A DNA stretch of 64,000 nucleotides from Chrysomallon squamiferum (GCA_012295275.1 CM022670.1:28768001-28832000); one strand, 5' to 3'; shown: positions 11,201-25,222, numbered from the stretch's first letter. The notes: a model not told the origin generated them from the letters alone. A program made the numbers and translations.

Positions 11201-14200
11201 AAAGAGCTACTTCAGCCAACTGTAGTTTGAAAAGTAATTGACACAAAAGACTGAAAATCAACAAGAGTGAGGGGACCTACTTGCTAAATGAGCTCAATTT
11301 TTTTCAGGCCTGTATATTTGTGTGTTCACAATAACTTGCTGAACATGCTAAAATCTTCTATATGACACATGGCAGAATGACCAAAAGTTAAAATAGACAC
11401 TGTGGTTTCAGTTTGTTTTATTTGACAAATTCAACTTGTGTTGTGAACAATTTATCAAGATCTTTCAAATGGCATACTTGTATCTAACATTTTTAATACA
11501 AAAATTTTAGTTTTCTGCCAAGCCCATAAAAAGTTACCTTTTCAATTTATGATAGAACAGCACAACTTTATTTACATAAGCAGCTTCAGTTTTCACTCTG
11601 ATGTATGTAATCAAGAGACTAGAGGCAATTAAAGACACAGGTGTTACAAGCCTGTCATTTGAAGCAAACATAAAATAATTTTCTTAGCTTTGTACTTGTG
11701 TTTTGACAGCAAACAAAAGTTACCTACCATTGTTGAAATTTTCTCAGACAGAGCCTATCAACGAGCAAAAATGTTTTAAAACTGATTTTTTATTCAGCAT
11801 TCATTCAGTACATTGTTCTATTATGTAGTATAGTTTGTTTATGATTCTTAATTCCCCATTTATCGCAAGAATTTTGAAAGCAAAATAAACGACAGTTTTA
11901 AATGGAAGATAGTAATTGGTAAAATAATGTTAATTCATTTATCTCTGAACGCGATCTTGCTAAGCACATGCACTAAAAGTAGGAATATTGAAGAAAAACA
12001 AACAGCCAACAAGTTATTAAAAATATAAACAACATATAAATATAATCATTTTAAACAGAGCCAGACCTTTCTAGCTGTACATAAAATCCACGATGATTTC
12101 GTTTTGTAGAAAACATAATGTAATAGCGATTTTGCTAAGCAGTGCTACTTTAAAATGCATAGTGCATTTACCCCCACCACATTTAACACTCTCATACAAA
12201 GAACTGATTTAACATACAACAAAAACACCACCATTTAAAAGAGCACATAAAGATCTTTAGTTACATGTATTTGTTTTTTATGGTAGGATTTATAGAAGGG
12301 ATTTGGGAATGGAGGAAAATGGACAAAATCTGAACTTTTAACAGCTTTGACCAATTATATTGGCTAGGTTGCCAGTACCTATTTAGATTAAAAACCTTCA
12401 AAAACGTTATGAATTCATTGAGCATATGTCAGTTCATATCTTGATTTACATAGTTGAACAAAAAAATTCACTTAATACAGAATGAAATTCAATTCAGAAA
12501 TAGTTGCTATATCACAAAAAGGTAAATCTTTTGCATGTAAATGCAAGTTACAAGTATAAATTAGTGTGAAATGTTTGGATATTACAGACAAGAAGATAAA
12601 GAATCGAAACTTAAGTTGGCACAGTCTTATCTCAAACTTGGAGAAGTGGGATTGGAAACAGGTAAGAATTGTTCAGTTATTTAGTACTTGGTGTGATTAA
12701 ATACGAACTGCACGGTCAAATTTTAATGTTGGATTACATTTCCCTCTCCATTCTTTTGGACAAAATGCTCCTTGATAGCATTCAGCATAAAAGAATTTAG
12801 AAAACTTTTGAATTGTATTTCATGCCATTTAATGTTTTTAAATTGGTGAATTTGTTTTAATGTTGTAATAATTTCTAATTTTTTAATTTTAATTTGTTTT
12901 TTTGTTTTACAGAAAATTATGAACAGTCAATCTCGGATTTCAAGGAATGTCTTACTTTACAAGAAATACATTTGGAGCCAACAGACCGACTGATTGCAGA
13001 AACGTATCTTTGATATTAAATTTATGCTAAAATATTCTGATAATTAAATTTGAAAACCAAGCATTAGCACTGACAAAATTGTAAAGTGTATTTCATAAGA
13101 TGTATTTAAAAATGTGAATTGTAGATGTTTAATGTCCTCATCCAGTTATATATTCCTTAATTTTATGCCAGACATTATCAGCTGGGTTTAGCTTATGGGT
13201 TTGATAAACAGTTTGATGCATCAATTGAACATTACAAGGCAGCTGTTAAAGTTATTGAATCTAAAATTAGTAAGTCTCAAATAGTTGTGGGGAGGGTGGT
13301 TATTTTTTGCATGTGTGTTTGTGGCTGATAAAATTTTGTGCAAAGATGTCATTAAATGCTTTTTTATTTTAATGATTTATGAACGTAAGTATTTAATGAA
13401 TTTATCAAGTTTTGTTAATTATTTTAATGTTGGTAGAAATATGTATATATTTTTTTGTTAAATGCAAAATGAAATTTTATTTAAAAATAGAAAATAGCAG
13501 TAGATAAAACAGGCTCTTTAATTTTGCAGAGGAGCTAGAAAAGGTTATCAAAGAAAAGGCTACTTCCAAAGGAAAAGGTATGTAAAAGTACCATTAAAGA
13601 TAATTATATATTTATTTTTGGACATGAATGTTGTTTGTTTTTGTTGTTTTTTTCCATTACTCTTATTTCAAAAAGTTAGGAGTTGTATCATAAGTATCTA
13701 TATGTTTTTTTTGTTTTTTTTTCAATCTCTGTAAAGGCCAGGATTTTGTTTCACATAGACCTTGTTGATGTAAAGATATTTTAAACATGGTTAAAACGTG
13801 ATTAAAGAAAGATTGGCCAAGTATTTTGATAGCACTCCAACTACAGTGTTATTCTACCTCTGGTTTGGACTGTTCTCTTTGCATTGTGGAACCAGAAACA
13901 TTTTTAAAAGATGCATTGTACTTACTAAAACTTGATTAGATCCTTGACAAAGATGATGGTTGATGTTTTATTTGTTTTAACTTGCATCAGAACTTAAATA
14001 ACATTTCAGAACTGTCAACTCCAGATGATCCAGTGTCAAATGCAGAACAGGAAATTAAAGAACTGAGAGAAATATTACCAGACATTGTGGCAAAGGTAAA
14101 TCTAAACTGGGTTGTTAGACAGTTACATTTCATCTTTTAAAAAATGTATTTTCATGATTTATCTTCACAAATAAGTTGGAAGTTTATTTTTATTGATAAT

Positions 14201-15866
14201 AAATATTTTATTTTAATATTTTCTTACCCCCATTTTGTTATTTATTACATATCATTGTTTAGTGAGGGTTTCTTTTTTTGTTTTGTTAATATAATCTTTG
14301 TAAAATAATAGGTTGAGGATTCAGAAGAAGAGAAAAAGAATCATGAAGAATTGAAAAAATTGGCCAAAGAAGCGTTGGGTGGAGCATTGCCTCATGTAAA
14401 CACTTTCTTACCTTTTTGCAAGTATCGTGCAGTCACATTAAATTTAGTACCCGATAAGAGTAGCAAAACAAAAATGAACACACACAACAATTACTTAATG
14501 GTAATATTTTCATAGCAAAAGAGTAAGATTCTTTAATGGTCTTGATCGTATAATTTCTAAAGTTCTTATTCTCATTGAAGAGTAAATTTTAAACGTTATT
14601 TGGCAGTGTGAATTATATAAATCATAATTACATTTCTAAATATTTTTCAGTCTGAAACAAGCAAAAGTGAATCATCTACTTCTCAAAAGGTAATCCTGCA
14701 TCTGACTTTTTTAACATTAGCTGTTGTAGCCCAGAAGCAATTGAAAAAAAAAATTTAAAACCAATGTAAAAGCATATGTCCACTTTAAAACTTGTACAGA
14801 GTGAATTTTGTTTGTTTCATTACAGTATGAAATGTACATTTTTCTGTGTTAACTTGTAAAATTATTTAATTGCAGACAGAAGTCAAGGCACTGGATACAA
14901 ATTTAATCAGAAGAAAGGTTAGTATGTAAATGTTCAAATAAAAAAAAATATATGTCTGTATGAAATATAGTACTTAAATTTTGTCTCATCCTTAAGTGGT
15001 TATGAGTAACTTTTTTTGGCTATGCTTAGATAATATAATATGTATCATAAATTCAAAAACTACTTCTTTTTGAATATTTTTTTAATTATTGGCTATTAAG
15101 TAAGTGTTGAGCCATTAAACATATAGCTGTTGCAAAATAAATGAATCGGAAGTTCCTCTGATTAAATATGCTGGAATAAAAAAATGTTTGAAGAGTGTTC
15201 ATTTTATGTCATGTATTACAGAGGAAACCTGAAGAGGATGAAACTGACAGTAACAAGAAATCAAAACAGGAAAATGGATCTGGAGATGCAAAGGAAATCA
15301 AAGAGAATGGTCACATGGAAAAGAAAGTGGCAGACTCGAAGGTAGAAACATTTTACACACAGCTCCATTTTATTTAGAACAATAGCAGCTTTTTTCAATA
15401 TCATTTTTGTAACATGACATGTACATATTTGGAAAGATGGACAAAATGGCATGTGTGGTTGAACAAGACTATAAATATCTTAAGTGTCTTTGAATCTCAC
15501 TTTTAAAAACAATTAATTTGTTTGAACCCAGCATACCTTTTTTGTGTGAAGTTTATTAGTCATAAATTACTAAAGTTGACTAATAGATAAGATGTTCATA
15601 ACTAGTTTATTGTTAATTTTAATTATATCATTTTCATTAGTGAATTGAAGTGTAAAGTGTAAATTTCACTCTGATAATGTGATTTATGATAAAAAGTCTA
15701 TGGGATACAGTAGCATATTTCTGTTGAATAAACAGTTCAGCTAAGAAGAGTTAAAACTGTAGTGTTGATTATCTTTTAAAATGAAATTTAAAGAAATTAT
15801 TTTACTGACATTTTTTGTTTTGTACAGGTAAAAACTGGAGAAATAATGGAACCAATGACATCGTGA
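5274..15866 (+). CDS. NASP: Nuclear autoantigenic sperm protein (NASP/N1N2, SHNi-TPR histone chaperone), 17 exons, 506 aa short form
   Basis: Exons 5274-5317, 6172-6288, 6531-6649, 6925-6993, 8570-8809, 10287-10423, 10717-10790, 12588-12661, 12913-13003, 13172-13269, 13530-13577, 14010-14095, 14312-14395, 14651-14689, 14876-14917, 15222-15341, 15828-15866 (1521 nt, open). Motifs: [34 protein letters not shown], acidic insert, [42 protein letters not shown], and C-terminal IRRKRK NLS. Confidence 0.95.
8810..9453 (+). other. Alternative 3' extension of NASP exon 5 (long, tNASP-like acidic insert), frameshifted by 1 nt in this sequence
   Basis: K/E/D-rich coding-like sequence continues from the proximal donor AAG|GTAAGG (8809/8810) to a distal donor AAG|GTTTCA (9453/9454). 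The 644-nt extension would be fully open with one extra A in the A6 run at 8849-8854. Confidence 0.75.
11008..12380. mobile_element. Decayed DNA transposon (~1.37 kb) in NASP intron 7, with short TIRs and 9-10 bp direct repeats (Merlin- or MULE-like, family uncertain)
   Basis: The ends AGGTACCGGCA and TGCCAGTACCT are inverted repeats (10/11). They are flanked by ATTTAGATT(A) at 10999-11007 and 12381-12389. Confidence 0.7.
13004..13171 (+). other. U12-type (minor spliceosome) GT-AG intron in NASP
   Basis: 5' site GTATCTTT (consensus RTATCCTT). Branch motif TTCCTTAAT at 13153-13161 lies about 10 nt before the CAG, and there is no polypyrimidine tract. Splicing restores IAET|HYQLG. Confidence 0.85.
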
Positions 15867-15930
15867 AAAGCTGGTTACAACTGTGATACTGATGTTTATG
15901 ATCTGCCAAACTTACCTCCTAACAGTAAAA

Positions 15931-16694
15931 GTGTACATTAATTTGTAGTAAAGCCTGCTTTGAGTCCACATAGCTATTTTTGCGCACCATGTACTGTCTT
16001 TGTTGCTGCATTAATAAAGCCCTTTTGTAATATTTCTTGTTAACTGAAATAAATTATACTGGGATTATTTTATTTCTTCAATTCCAAATAAAAGGCAGCA
16101 TTTTGTAATTTGTGCAAGTCAGAAAAATAAGATTTAGCGTGTTTTATATAGACTAACATGGGTGTATAATATTGCCTTTGGATTATGATTTATCAGAGGC
16201 AGTGTTCTGCTGTGTTGTTGTGGCTTCATGTTAGTGGCTGCTGTTAAAATTACTAATGGTTTACATCTCATTCCAGCCAGTCCACAATTTTATACTGATG
16301 ATTCTGATTAATGTGTACATTAATTTGTAGTAAAGCCTGCTTTGAGTCCACATAGCTATTTTTGCGCACCATGTACTGTCTTTGTTGCTGCATTAATAAA
16401 GCCCTTTTGTAATATTTCTTGTTAACTGAAATAAATTATACTGGGATTATTTTATTTCTTCAATTCCAAATAAAAGGCAGCATTTTGTAATTTGTGCAAG
16501 TCAGAAAAATAAGATTTAGCGTGTTTTATATAGACTAACATGGGTGTATAATATTGCCTTTGGATTATGATTTATCAGAGGCAGTGTTCTGCTGTGTTGT
16601 TGTGGCTTCATGTTAGTGGCTGCTGTTAAAATTACTAATGGTTTACATCTCATTCCAGCCAGTCCACAATTTTATACTGATGATTCTGATTAAT
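15931..16694. repeat. Perfect 382-bp tandem duplication in the NASP 3' UTR
   Basis: 15931-16312 is repeated at 16313-16694, identical as far as I can see by eye. Each copy carries AATAAA hexamers. Confidence 0.95.
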
Positions 16695-19600
16695 TTGAAA
16701 TAGCCTGTGTACAGTAATTGTCAAGTTTCAGTAGCTTTTTAATGTAAATAATTGTGGATGTTGCTGCTCAGTTGGCCTATATCCGATTCCACACAGTACA
16801 CAGATGGATGTTTGGTACTGAAATATGGTGTTTCCATGTTTATGAGGAAATTGTATAATGTAATTTACCGATAAAAGTAGCAGACTTTTCATTATAAAAT
16901 TGTGCCAGTTGGAATGGTTTCCGGATTTTGAATAAAAAAATAATAAACAATACAAATTTGTATAATGGGAGAAGTAAAATCACTGAAAAAGTTGAAATGT
17001 TTATATATGACGACAAAGCTAAATATCTGCAACAACATTCATAAAAAACTGCCAAATCTGAATTTAGAGTAATTATTACAAATGTCTCTTAATGTGTTCA
17101 GCATGCTCACTTTGACACCAATACTTATTCAGAGCATAAATGTTTTTTAAAACTAAAGATTGATTGCAATTTGTATTTTCATTTTAAAAATGCCAAAATT
17201 TCCAGTTACCTATTGCATATTATTTGTAAACATTTCTAGTAGTGAATTGCAAATAATAAATTTAATAATGCACCTAAACTTTTTTTTTTTTTTTATTCAT
17301 AATCGTTATGTTCATTTACTAATTTTATAAGAATCTTGTTACGGTATTGAATTTGCTACCTTACAAAACTGCAGATTCCAAGTAAGGGTGAAATTGATTG
17401 CCATATAAATGGCTGATTTTATTCCATTCCAACCAGTACTCCTCAGATGTTTACAAGATTTCTTGCTGCTTAATGATTAAAAAGTGACAGCATTGTTTTC
17501 CTGTGTAATAAGGATTGTTTAATAAATAGCAAAGAGTAAAATAAAATTTGATATATTAATTATTCATTCAGTTTCATTGTCCTTAGTAAATTTTACAAAC
17601 AACAAAAATTTATTTTTTCAAACGTTTATTATTTTTTCAACACAATGTTATAACTATCACAGATCATGAATCCAGCATAGGTACATTGAAAAATCTTAAC
17701 CTGAGAAAATCGAAGAAAAAACCCAACAATAGCACTTCAACTGAGCTATTCCATAATGTAATCGAGGGCAAAAATTAAAAAAAAAAAAAATCCAATCTGT
17801 CTGAAAGGATGCACATTTACCAAATAAGTAACACTTTCCATTTCAACATATTTTAGAAATGTAATTACTATTATTATTTCTTTTCTATTTAGTTTGGAAC
17901 AATTTCTTTTGCCTGTGTTTATAAATATTCTGGAAACGAAACCTTCCCAAATCCCAGCAGACAAAAAATAAATGGTTGTGGATGTACATTTAAAGCTCTT
18001 GTTTTAAAAGGATTAAAAAAGTAATAAAAATAAAATAATAAATCTTATGAAATCCCAACTTTGGTCAGATGTTGGTTCTATGTGTTAACTTTTTTTTTTT
18101 TTTTTTTTTTTTAAAAGAATGTTTATCACACTTTTAGAACTCAAGTTGAGCAAATATGTAAAATTTTAAAATATTTTCCAACTGAATATTCAGCAAGACT
18201 TTAATGAAGATCTTCTATTTAATCATATGAAAACAATTCCTGTATACACATGTACCTTTCTCATTTCATACATTTTTTTTTTTTTATAGACAAGTACCGA
18301 TAAAATTGTTACCACCCTGCATAGGGACATACTTCTTTATTGTGGAAATAAATGAGTAATATCAACAGTGTTATGCATATTAGTAATAATAAAATATTTT
18401 TCTCTCTATATATTGTTTGTTAACAGTAACATGAAATAATGTAATAATTTTCAATACTTCAAGAATACATGAATGTTACAAAAACCCCAATTACTTAAAA
18501 TACCCTTTTTTTTTCTTCTTTTTTCTTAACATAGACAGAGCTTTCCATATCCCAGTTTCCAAACCTAAACATTTTGAGAATAGCCAAGTTTTCTAATAGT
18601 TCATGTATGCACAAAATTTCATGCATTTATTTATAAAATAAAAACTTGTATAAAACTATGTAATGTTGTTGTTTTCAATTATATTTAGATGACCAACCTG
18701 TCTTCTTTTTTTTTTTTTTAATGAGGGGTTTTTAAACTTGATAATAATATCAATTAACATAAATAATTAAAAATAATAATTATTATTATTAAAAATTTCT
18801 TTTATGAATAAAGATGTTTTGATGTGTAATTTTACTTTTTAAAAGTATGATATGGGATGTGGTTATGTAAAAATTCCTAAGATCTTAAAAAAAAAAATAA
18901 ATAAATAAAAATTGTTATTAAAACATTTTCATTAAAATTAAGAATATTAAACATGAAAAGTGTAATGGGCAAAATCCTGGTGTAAATCTCTTTTACATTG
19001 AAAAATAAATAAATAAATAAAAAAAAAAGAATTGTAAAAAACCCCAGTAATAATAATAATTAAAAAAAGAAAAATTTCATTTACAAGAAGTAAATGTAAA
19101 CAACCATTTGCTACACCCATTCCCAATAGAACTACTAAAATAATATCTAATGATTTATCTTTAAAATTAATAATTGATGGTGCAATAATAAAAAGTTACA
19201 TCCTTGTAGTGTAATAAGTTTTGATGATGTGTACTTGAACTTCAAATGTGCACTGTTTGAAAATGTAAGTGATAAGGAATTCTTTAAAATAAATAAAAAT
19301 TAAATTTAAAAAAATGGCTGATCACGGCAGGAAATTCAGTTTAGTGATGTCGCATTAAGTAAAAAATAAAAATGATACTTTTGTTCTAAATATGGCTCAC
19401 TGACACTATTAACAACAATTATGTAAAATAAATTATTAACAGTGATAACCAGTGATGGATATGGTAAATGGAATCTGATATATGGTTCACATCAGTTATG
19501 TAAATGGTAACCTGATATAGTTCAGATTGTTATGATTGAAAGCTCTGTCTGAATACCCAACACTTTTTTTGATCACTGGTTCAGATATATGTTTTTCCAA

Positions 19601-20572
19601 AGTGTATTTTACGTGTTTAATTTTCACTGTAATAGATATAAATTATTGGTTATCCTTCATAAAACTTCTACCAAATACTAGTTAACTTGTATGTTTGTTA
19701 TTTTATATTTGCATCAGTATATTTTTCCAAAACTCATATCTATCACTGATTGTAAGAAAACATTTTAATTGTTGGCCCACTTCATTTACTTCAGATAAAA
19801 CTATTAATCATCTTCTTAAGGCCCCCATCCCCACAAAAAAAACATTTAAAGAAAAAATATATCACAACCTGTTTCACAAAAAACAACCTACAAAAACTAG
19901 AAAGTGTAGAATTCTACTGACTTGAATGAAGAAATTGTTTTCCTTTTTTTTCTTGAATATGTATTAGTCATTATTAGCTTACTTTAAAGTTGTAGAAGCA
20001 TACTTGCCATACATATTTAAGTTCATAGAGAATCTGGTAAAAAAAAAACAGGAGTAAAAAAAAAAAGAAAAAAGAATAAAGTAAAATGAATAAAAAAATG
20101 TTATCACACTAAATGCAATGCTGATGTGGTAAGAACAAAGAAGGCTGGTTCATTTACCAGCTGTAAAAATTATTTTATATATTTTTCTTAATGCTAAAAA
20201 ATAAAAGGTAAAAATAGAGAACAGTCGTGTATTAAATGTGAAAATATTCTGCAGAAATATTAAAAATATATTTGCAATTCACTATCCACTCCATGATATG
20301 AATTCAAATCAAACCACAAATAAAATAAAAAATACTGATATGTTATCACACTGGCTAAACGTAGAACCGTACTGTGGCTACACTGATATAAATATTGTAA
20401 AGTGTACTGAGTGCAACCTTGCTAGTCAGCTTGAAACATTAACAAACATCTTTCACTCAAGTACACTTCACTGTACAAATACACACATATTTTATATATA
20501 ATTTATAGGCATATATATATTCATATATTGTAACTGAATTCTATCACAGTAAATAATCATGTGCAGACATTC

Positions 20573-23500
20573 TCAGAAATGCACCCAGAAGGAAGCCATC
20601 TTTCTCTGATTTGGATTGTCCATTGCCTCCATTGTGTCACGGGGGGTGAGGGCGGTAGGGTCCTGTAAATAAAAACACTTTAATTAACAACAATAATATT
20701 AACAAAAATAAAATAAAATTATCTGTTAAATTGCATCTGAATTGCAAGTTGTAAAGATCACAGAGGGAATAGGGACAGGTGAAGATGGGAAAGATATGGC
20801 ATAATCAGAGAAATTGAGATAAATAGATACTGAGAGAAATATATACAAAGATTGCCTGTCATGTATATCTGTGTCTGTTGGGGTGTGTCTGTGAGTATTT
20901 GTGATGGCAGGTGTGTTGTTGGTTGGCTATTTACATACCCAGAATTTTTTCATATAAGTTGGTTGAACTTTGAATGATAACTGGTGTAAGTTGGATTGGT
21001 TGAGAGTATTGATGCCGAGTCTGGAAGAGAAAAAATTCATGTCAAAGAAGGTCAACAACAGTGACAACAGCTTGTCCATAAAAACATTCACTATTTACTC
21101 TTTGTGTCATTTTGAAAACCTATAGTACATGACTACAGAAATAAATAAAAAGACAAGTAGGTATACAGTCTGGTGTTCTCATGACTAAGTCCATAAAGAA
21201 AAAAAAAAAAAACTTACTTCTCAAATCAATAAAACTATTGTATTTACATGCCAAAATCTTAAATATAAATATACAGAAGTCATACACAAAATAATGTTGA
21301 TTGATTTCCATAAATACACAAGAACTGCTTAAATATATCTGTTAACAGTTACAAAAGTAAATAAACATGTAAAAATATTGTTGTCAATATCAAAATTATT
21401 TTCGTGAAAAACACAACCTACCATTGTCAGTGTAACAATCCTGAGTATGCACAAACAAATCATAAATTAAAAGTCTTAATCTGAACATACTAAATATAAG
21501 TGTTAGAACAGAAAAGTGCAATCTATATGTACATATGTGATCATTATCTTAAATCTGATTTTCATTTTTATATTTGATTAAAACAAAAAATAAAGAATGT
21601 TAAAGATTTAGTAATTTCTTGTCTTTGCAACTGGATTTATCTAGAAATATGAGAAAACATCAGTATTTTATTATTAACAATTTTTTTTCTTTTCTGTGTC
21701 AAGTAAAAATATCTAGAAAAGCTTTTTTTTAACATTTACCAAAAATAAGAATATCAGTTAAATAAATATGAAAAAATGTTTCAATAACAGTTATGTTAAT
21801 GAGAATATCTATATATATATATGATATATGATTAAAAAAAAATATTTAAAAATCTATGACTACAGATTGTAAAGACAGAGAAGAAATATATCAGTAACTT
21901 TTAAGTGATTTTGAAAATAAGAGATCATTTGTTGAAAATGTACAATAAATAAATAATTATAAATAAATAAAAATATAAATAGATGACAAGATAATTAAGA
22001 ATTGTTAAGTTCTGAATATAAAAAACATAACAAAAAAAAAATATAAAAAAATAATACTGTTTTTGCTAAATATTTAAAGCATAACAGATAACAAATGATA
22101 TGAAAATAAGATTACTATGACTGAAACAAAAATAGAAATCACATCTATTGAAAAACATACTGAACAATAACAAAGATAAATTGAAGCCAGTAAAACTTGA
22201 ATCTTCTTTTTATGTTAAATACTATTTGTATTATTATAAAATGAAAGTCCACTAATTATATTAAAACTTTCACTTTCAAATCAATTTTTTATTATTTGTT
22301 TTATTTTCACAAAATGTATTTCAAAGATCTAAAATTAATGATAAATTCAAAGTTTTAAAATATAGATATTAATTTTTAATTATCAAGCATAATAAATATG
22401 ATAATTATAATTTTTAAATTTAATTTTTTTTCTACCAAATTATTTCTTAGTCATGTAAAAAAAGTGAAATTCTTGAAATATAAAATTAAAAACAACAACT
22501 CTGCCACAAGATTTTTCATTTCCAGAACCAACAAACCCATTAAAAAGTAAAACTCATCCTTAAAGAAGACAGTTTCCTTGCTATTCTGTCATTAATGAAC
22601 AAAATTTAGTATCCACCATAAAGGAAAACAATAATGAAAATCATTTCTAAAAATATTTCAAAGAAAAAGAAGAAGAACAACAACAAAAAAAAGGTGTTAG
22701 AAAACCATAACAATTAAAAAAGAAAGAAAAAAACAGTTTCCAAAATAAAAAATTAAAGTGATTTATAATCTATCTAATTATTAGTAAAATGAGCTGTGTA
22801 TGTCTTCTATACATTGACTAATGTTAAGTAAGCTATAATTAGACAGCAGAAATGAGACAAAGCAGAAAACAGCAAAATGAAGATCTGTAACTGGGACTAG
22901 TTATTTAGCAACTAGGTTACCTTGGTGAGAACTTGATGGCAGCGCCCTCTATCACACCAGAGCTGGTGTGCGCACCTCGGAGTGCTCCGAGCTCTGTGAT
23001 TAACACAAGTCATGCACAAATCACTGACAACATGCAAACTATTTCTGTACAATTCATGCATTTCACTAGATCTACATCAGTGGTTTATAACCTCCATATT
23101 TTCTCACAATAATTTGAAACTAAATTGAAACTGCTGAAAGTATTGATTATTAAGGAGTGTAATGTATATTAATTTTAAATTTTAGGCTCTCTATATTCAG
23201 GTATATAGTGTGTATGTGTGTGTATGTGTGTATGCACGCATGTGTATGTGTTTGTATGTTTGTGTATGTGTGTGTGTTTTTCAATGTGTGCATGTTTTGT
23301 GTCTGTCTGTACATGTGTGTATGTGTGTGAATAAGTAAATATATGTGTTGGTATTGTGTCCAAGTATGTATGAAGGACCATTCTTGTATATGAGCACATT
23401 TATGTGTATAAGATATATTTCTATGTAAATAAGAAAAAGGAAAAGTAAGCAATTATTGTGATGATCTTTAAAAAGTTATGAACCCCTGACCTAGACCACT

Positions 23501-24574
23501 TTGATATAAGCCTGTAGGAAGACAAATAAAATGCAAGACTTTATCAATTTTTAAAAAGAATATTAACAATAAGATTTCTGTTTTTGATTCTGAAGAATTT
23601 AAAACAAGCCACTATTATTTCTCACTTTAATTCATTTTTTATGCACACTTATCCTACAGGCTTGACAAACTGATAATCAGAATAAGGAAATACTTTTAAT
23701 TAACAGATTGGTTTTTAGAAACATGAATAACTTCTTATTGCAAGTTGTAATCATCTAAAGAATCAATAATAACACCAACAATTTTTGAAACCTGAAAGAA
23801 AAGTTTCGGCCTGAAAAACATGAAATACTGCCCATGTTTTAAATTTCATAACATATTAATTAAATGTGCATAAACAACAAATGTAACATGGAATTGCTGA
23901 ATTTCATTTAGTCAAAGACTCAATCTTTATTAAATTAGTAACCAGTTTCACCACAACAACAACAAAAAAAACCCTGGGGAACCATATCCTCAAAATCCAG
24001 TGACATATAAAACATTCTGATTCTATATTCAGTATTTTTGCTGATTTGTCTGAGCCACTTATATTTGTTTATGGCAAGTACTTTAACCATAAAATACTTC
24101 AATGAATGATAAAACAGTTGACTTCAACCATTTTTGCTCCACAGGTGTATTAATGACAATATCATGAGGAATATGAACTGAGTAGTGAGTACTGTAATAA
24201 TTTAATTTACCTGATTACAAATATTTTCTATCCTGATTATATAATCATAATTTTCAGTTCTATATTTTCTGAATGTGTATTAAAATGACTGATAGTTGTG
24301 AAATAGAGAATAATAATGAATATATTTGCAATTATTTATAGGCAACCAGTTCATTTTTTATTTTTTTTGCTTGATGGAATAAGTGATTAAAACCATTTGT
24401 AATGCAATTTATATAAGCCACAATACTTTGATTTTCTGAACATTATGACAACAGCAGTTATTTGCGACATAGAAAATAATAATGAATATATTAAATAGGT
24501 GTGGATATGCACCCATATCACAATTGTCTCTATGCAGGTTCATGTTTACTAAAACAAATAAAAATTAAAATACA

Positions 24575-24628
<54 letters not shown>

Positions 24629-25189
24629 TAAAAAAATGTAATACAATCTAGACCATTTCCATTTTTATTTATTTATTTAAAATTTTCTTTTATCAGTATA
24701 ATGTGAACTATATCTTTGTAATGACAATAACAAGCTTACAACTTTTGGGCTAGTCCATGCTTCAGGCAGAAGGTCAACAGTGCATGTTGTGATAATAATA
24801 AGTTGCCAACATCTAACACTTTATCCTTTAAAATCCCCTATATCAAAATGAACTTGACCATCTTTCCAAATTTGGGTACTTGATGAATGAACATGGCTAG
24901 TCTACTTTTGGATGTGATATGCAACAAATAAAATCCAGACAATTTTTATGTTTTTGTCCTGAAATAAAATTCATATAAAATTATATTTTAATATATCAGG
25001 AGTGGTCACTGCCTTCTTCAGTAAGCACAGACTTGCAGATAATACTGTAAAACAGATGACCAGTAGAATTTAGATTTTTCTGAAAAGACTTGTGTACAGT
25101 TTTCTAATTGACTAACAATGGCTTTATTCAGAAAATCACAAACCTGAGGCTTATATAAACTGACTTGAATAATTAATTATTAAAAATAA

Positions 25190-25222
<33 letters not shown>

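Noticed and set aside
16196-16245. AGGCAGTGT, similar to the miR-34 5' end
   Set aside because: Only the seed matches, and it does not fold into a pre-miRNA hairpin.
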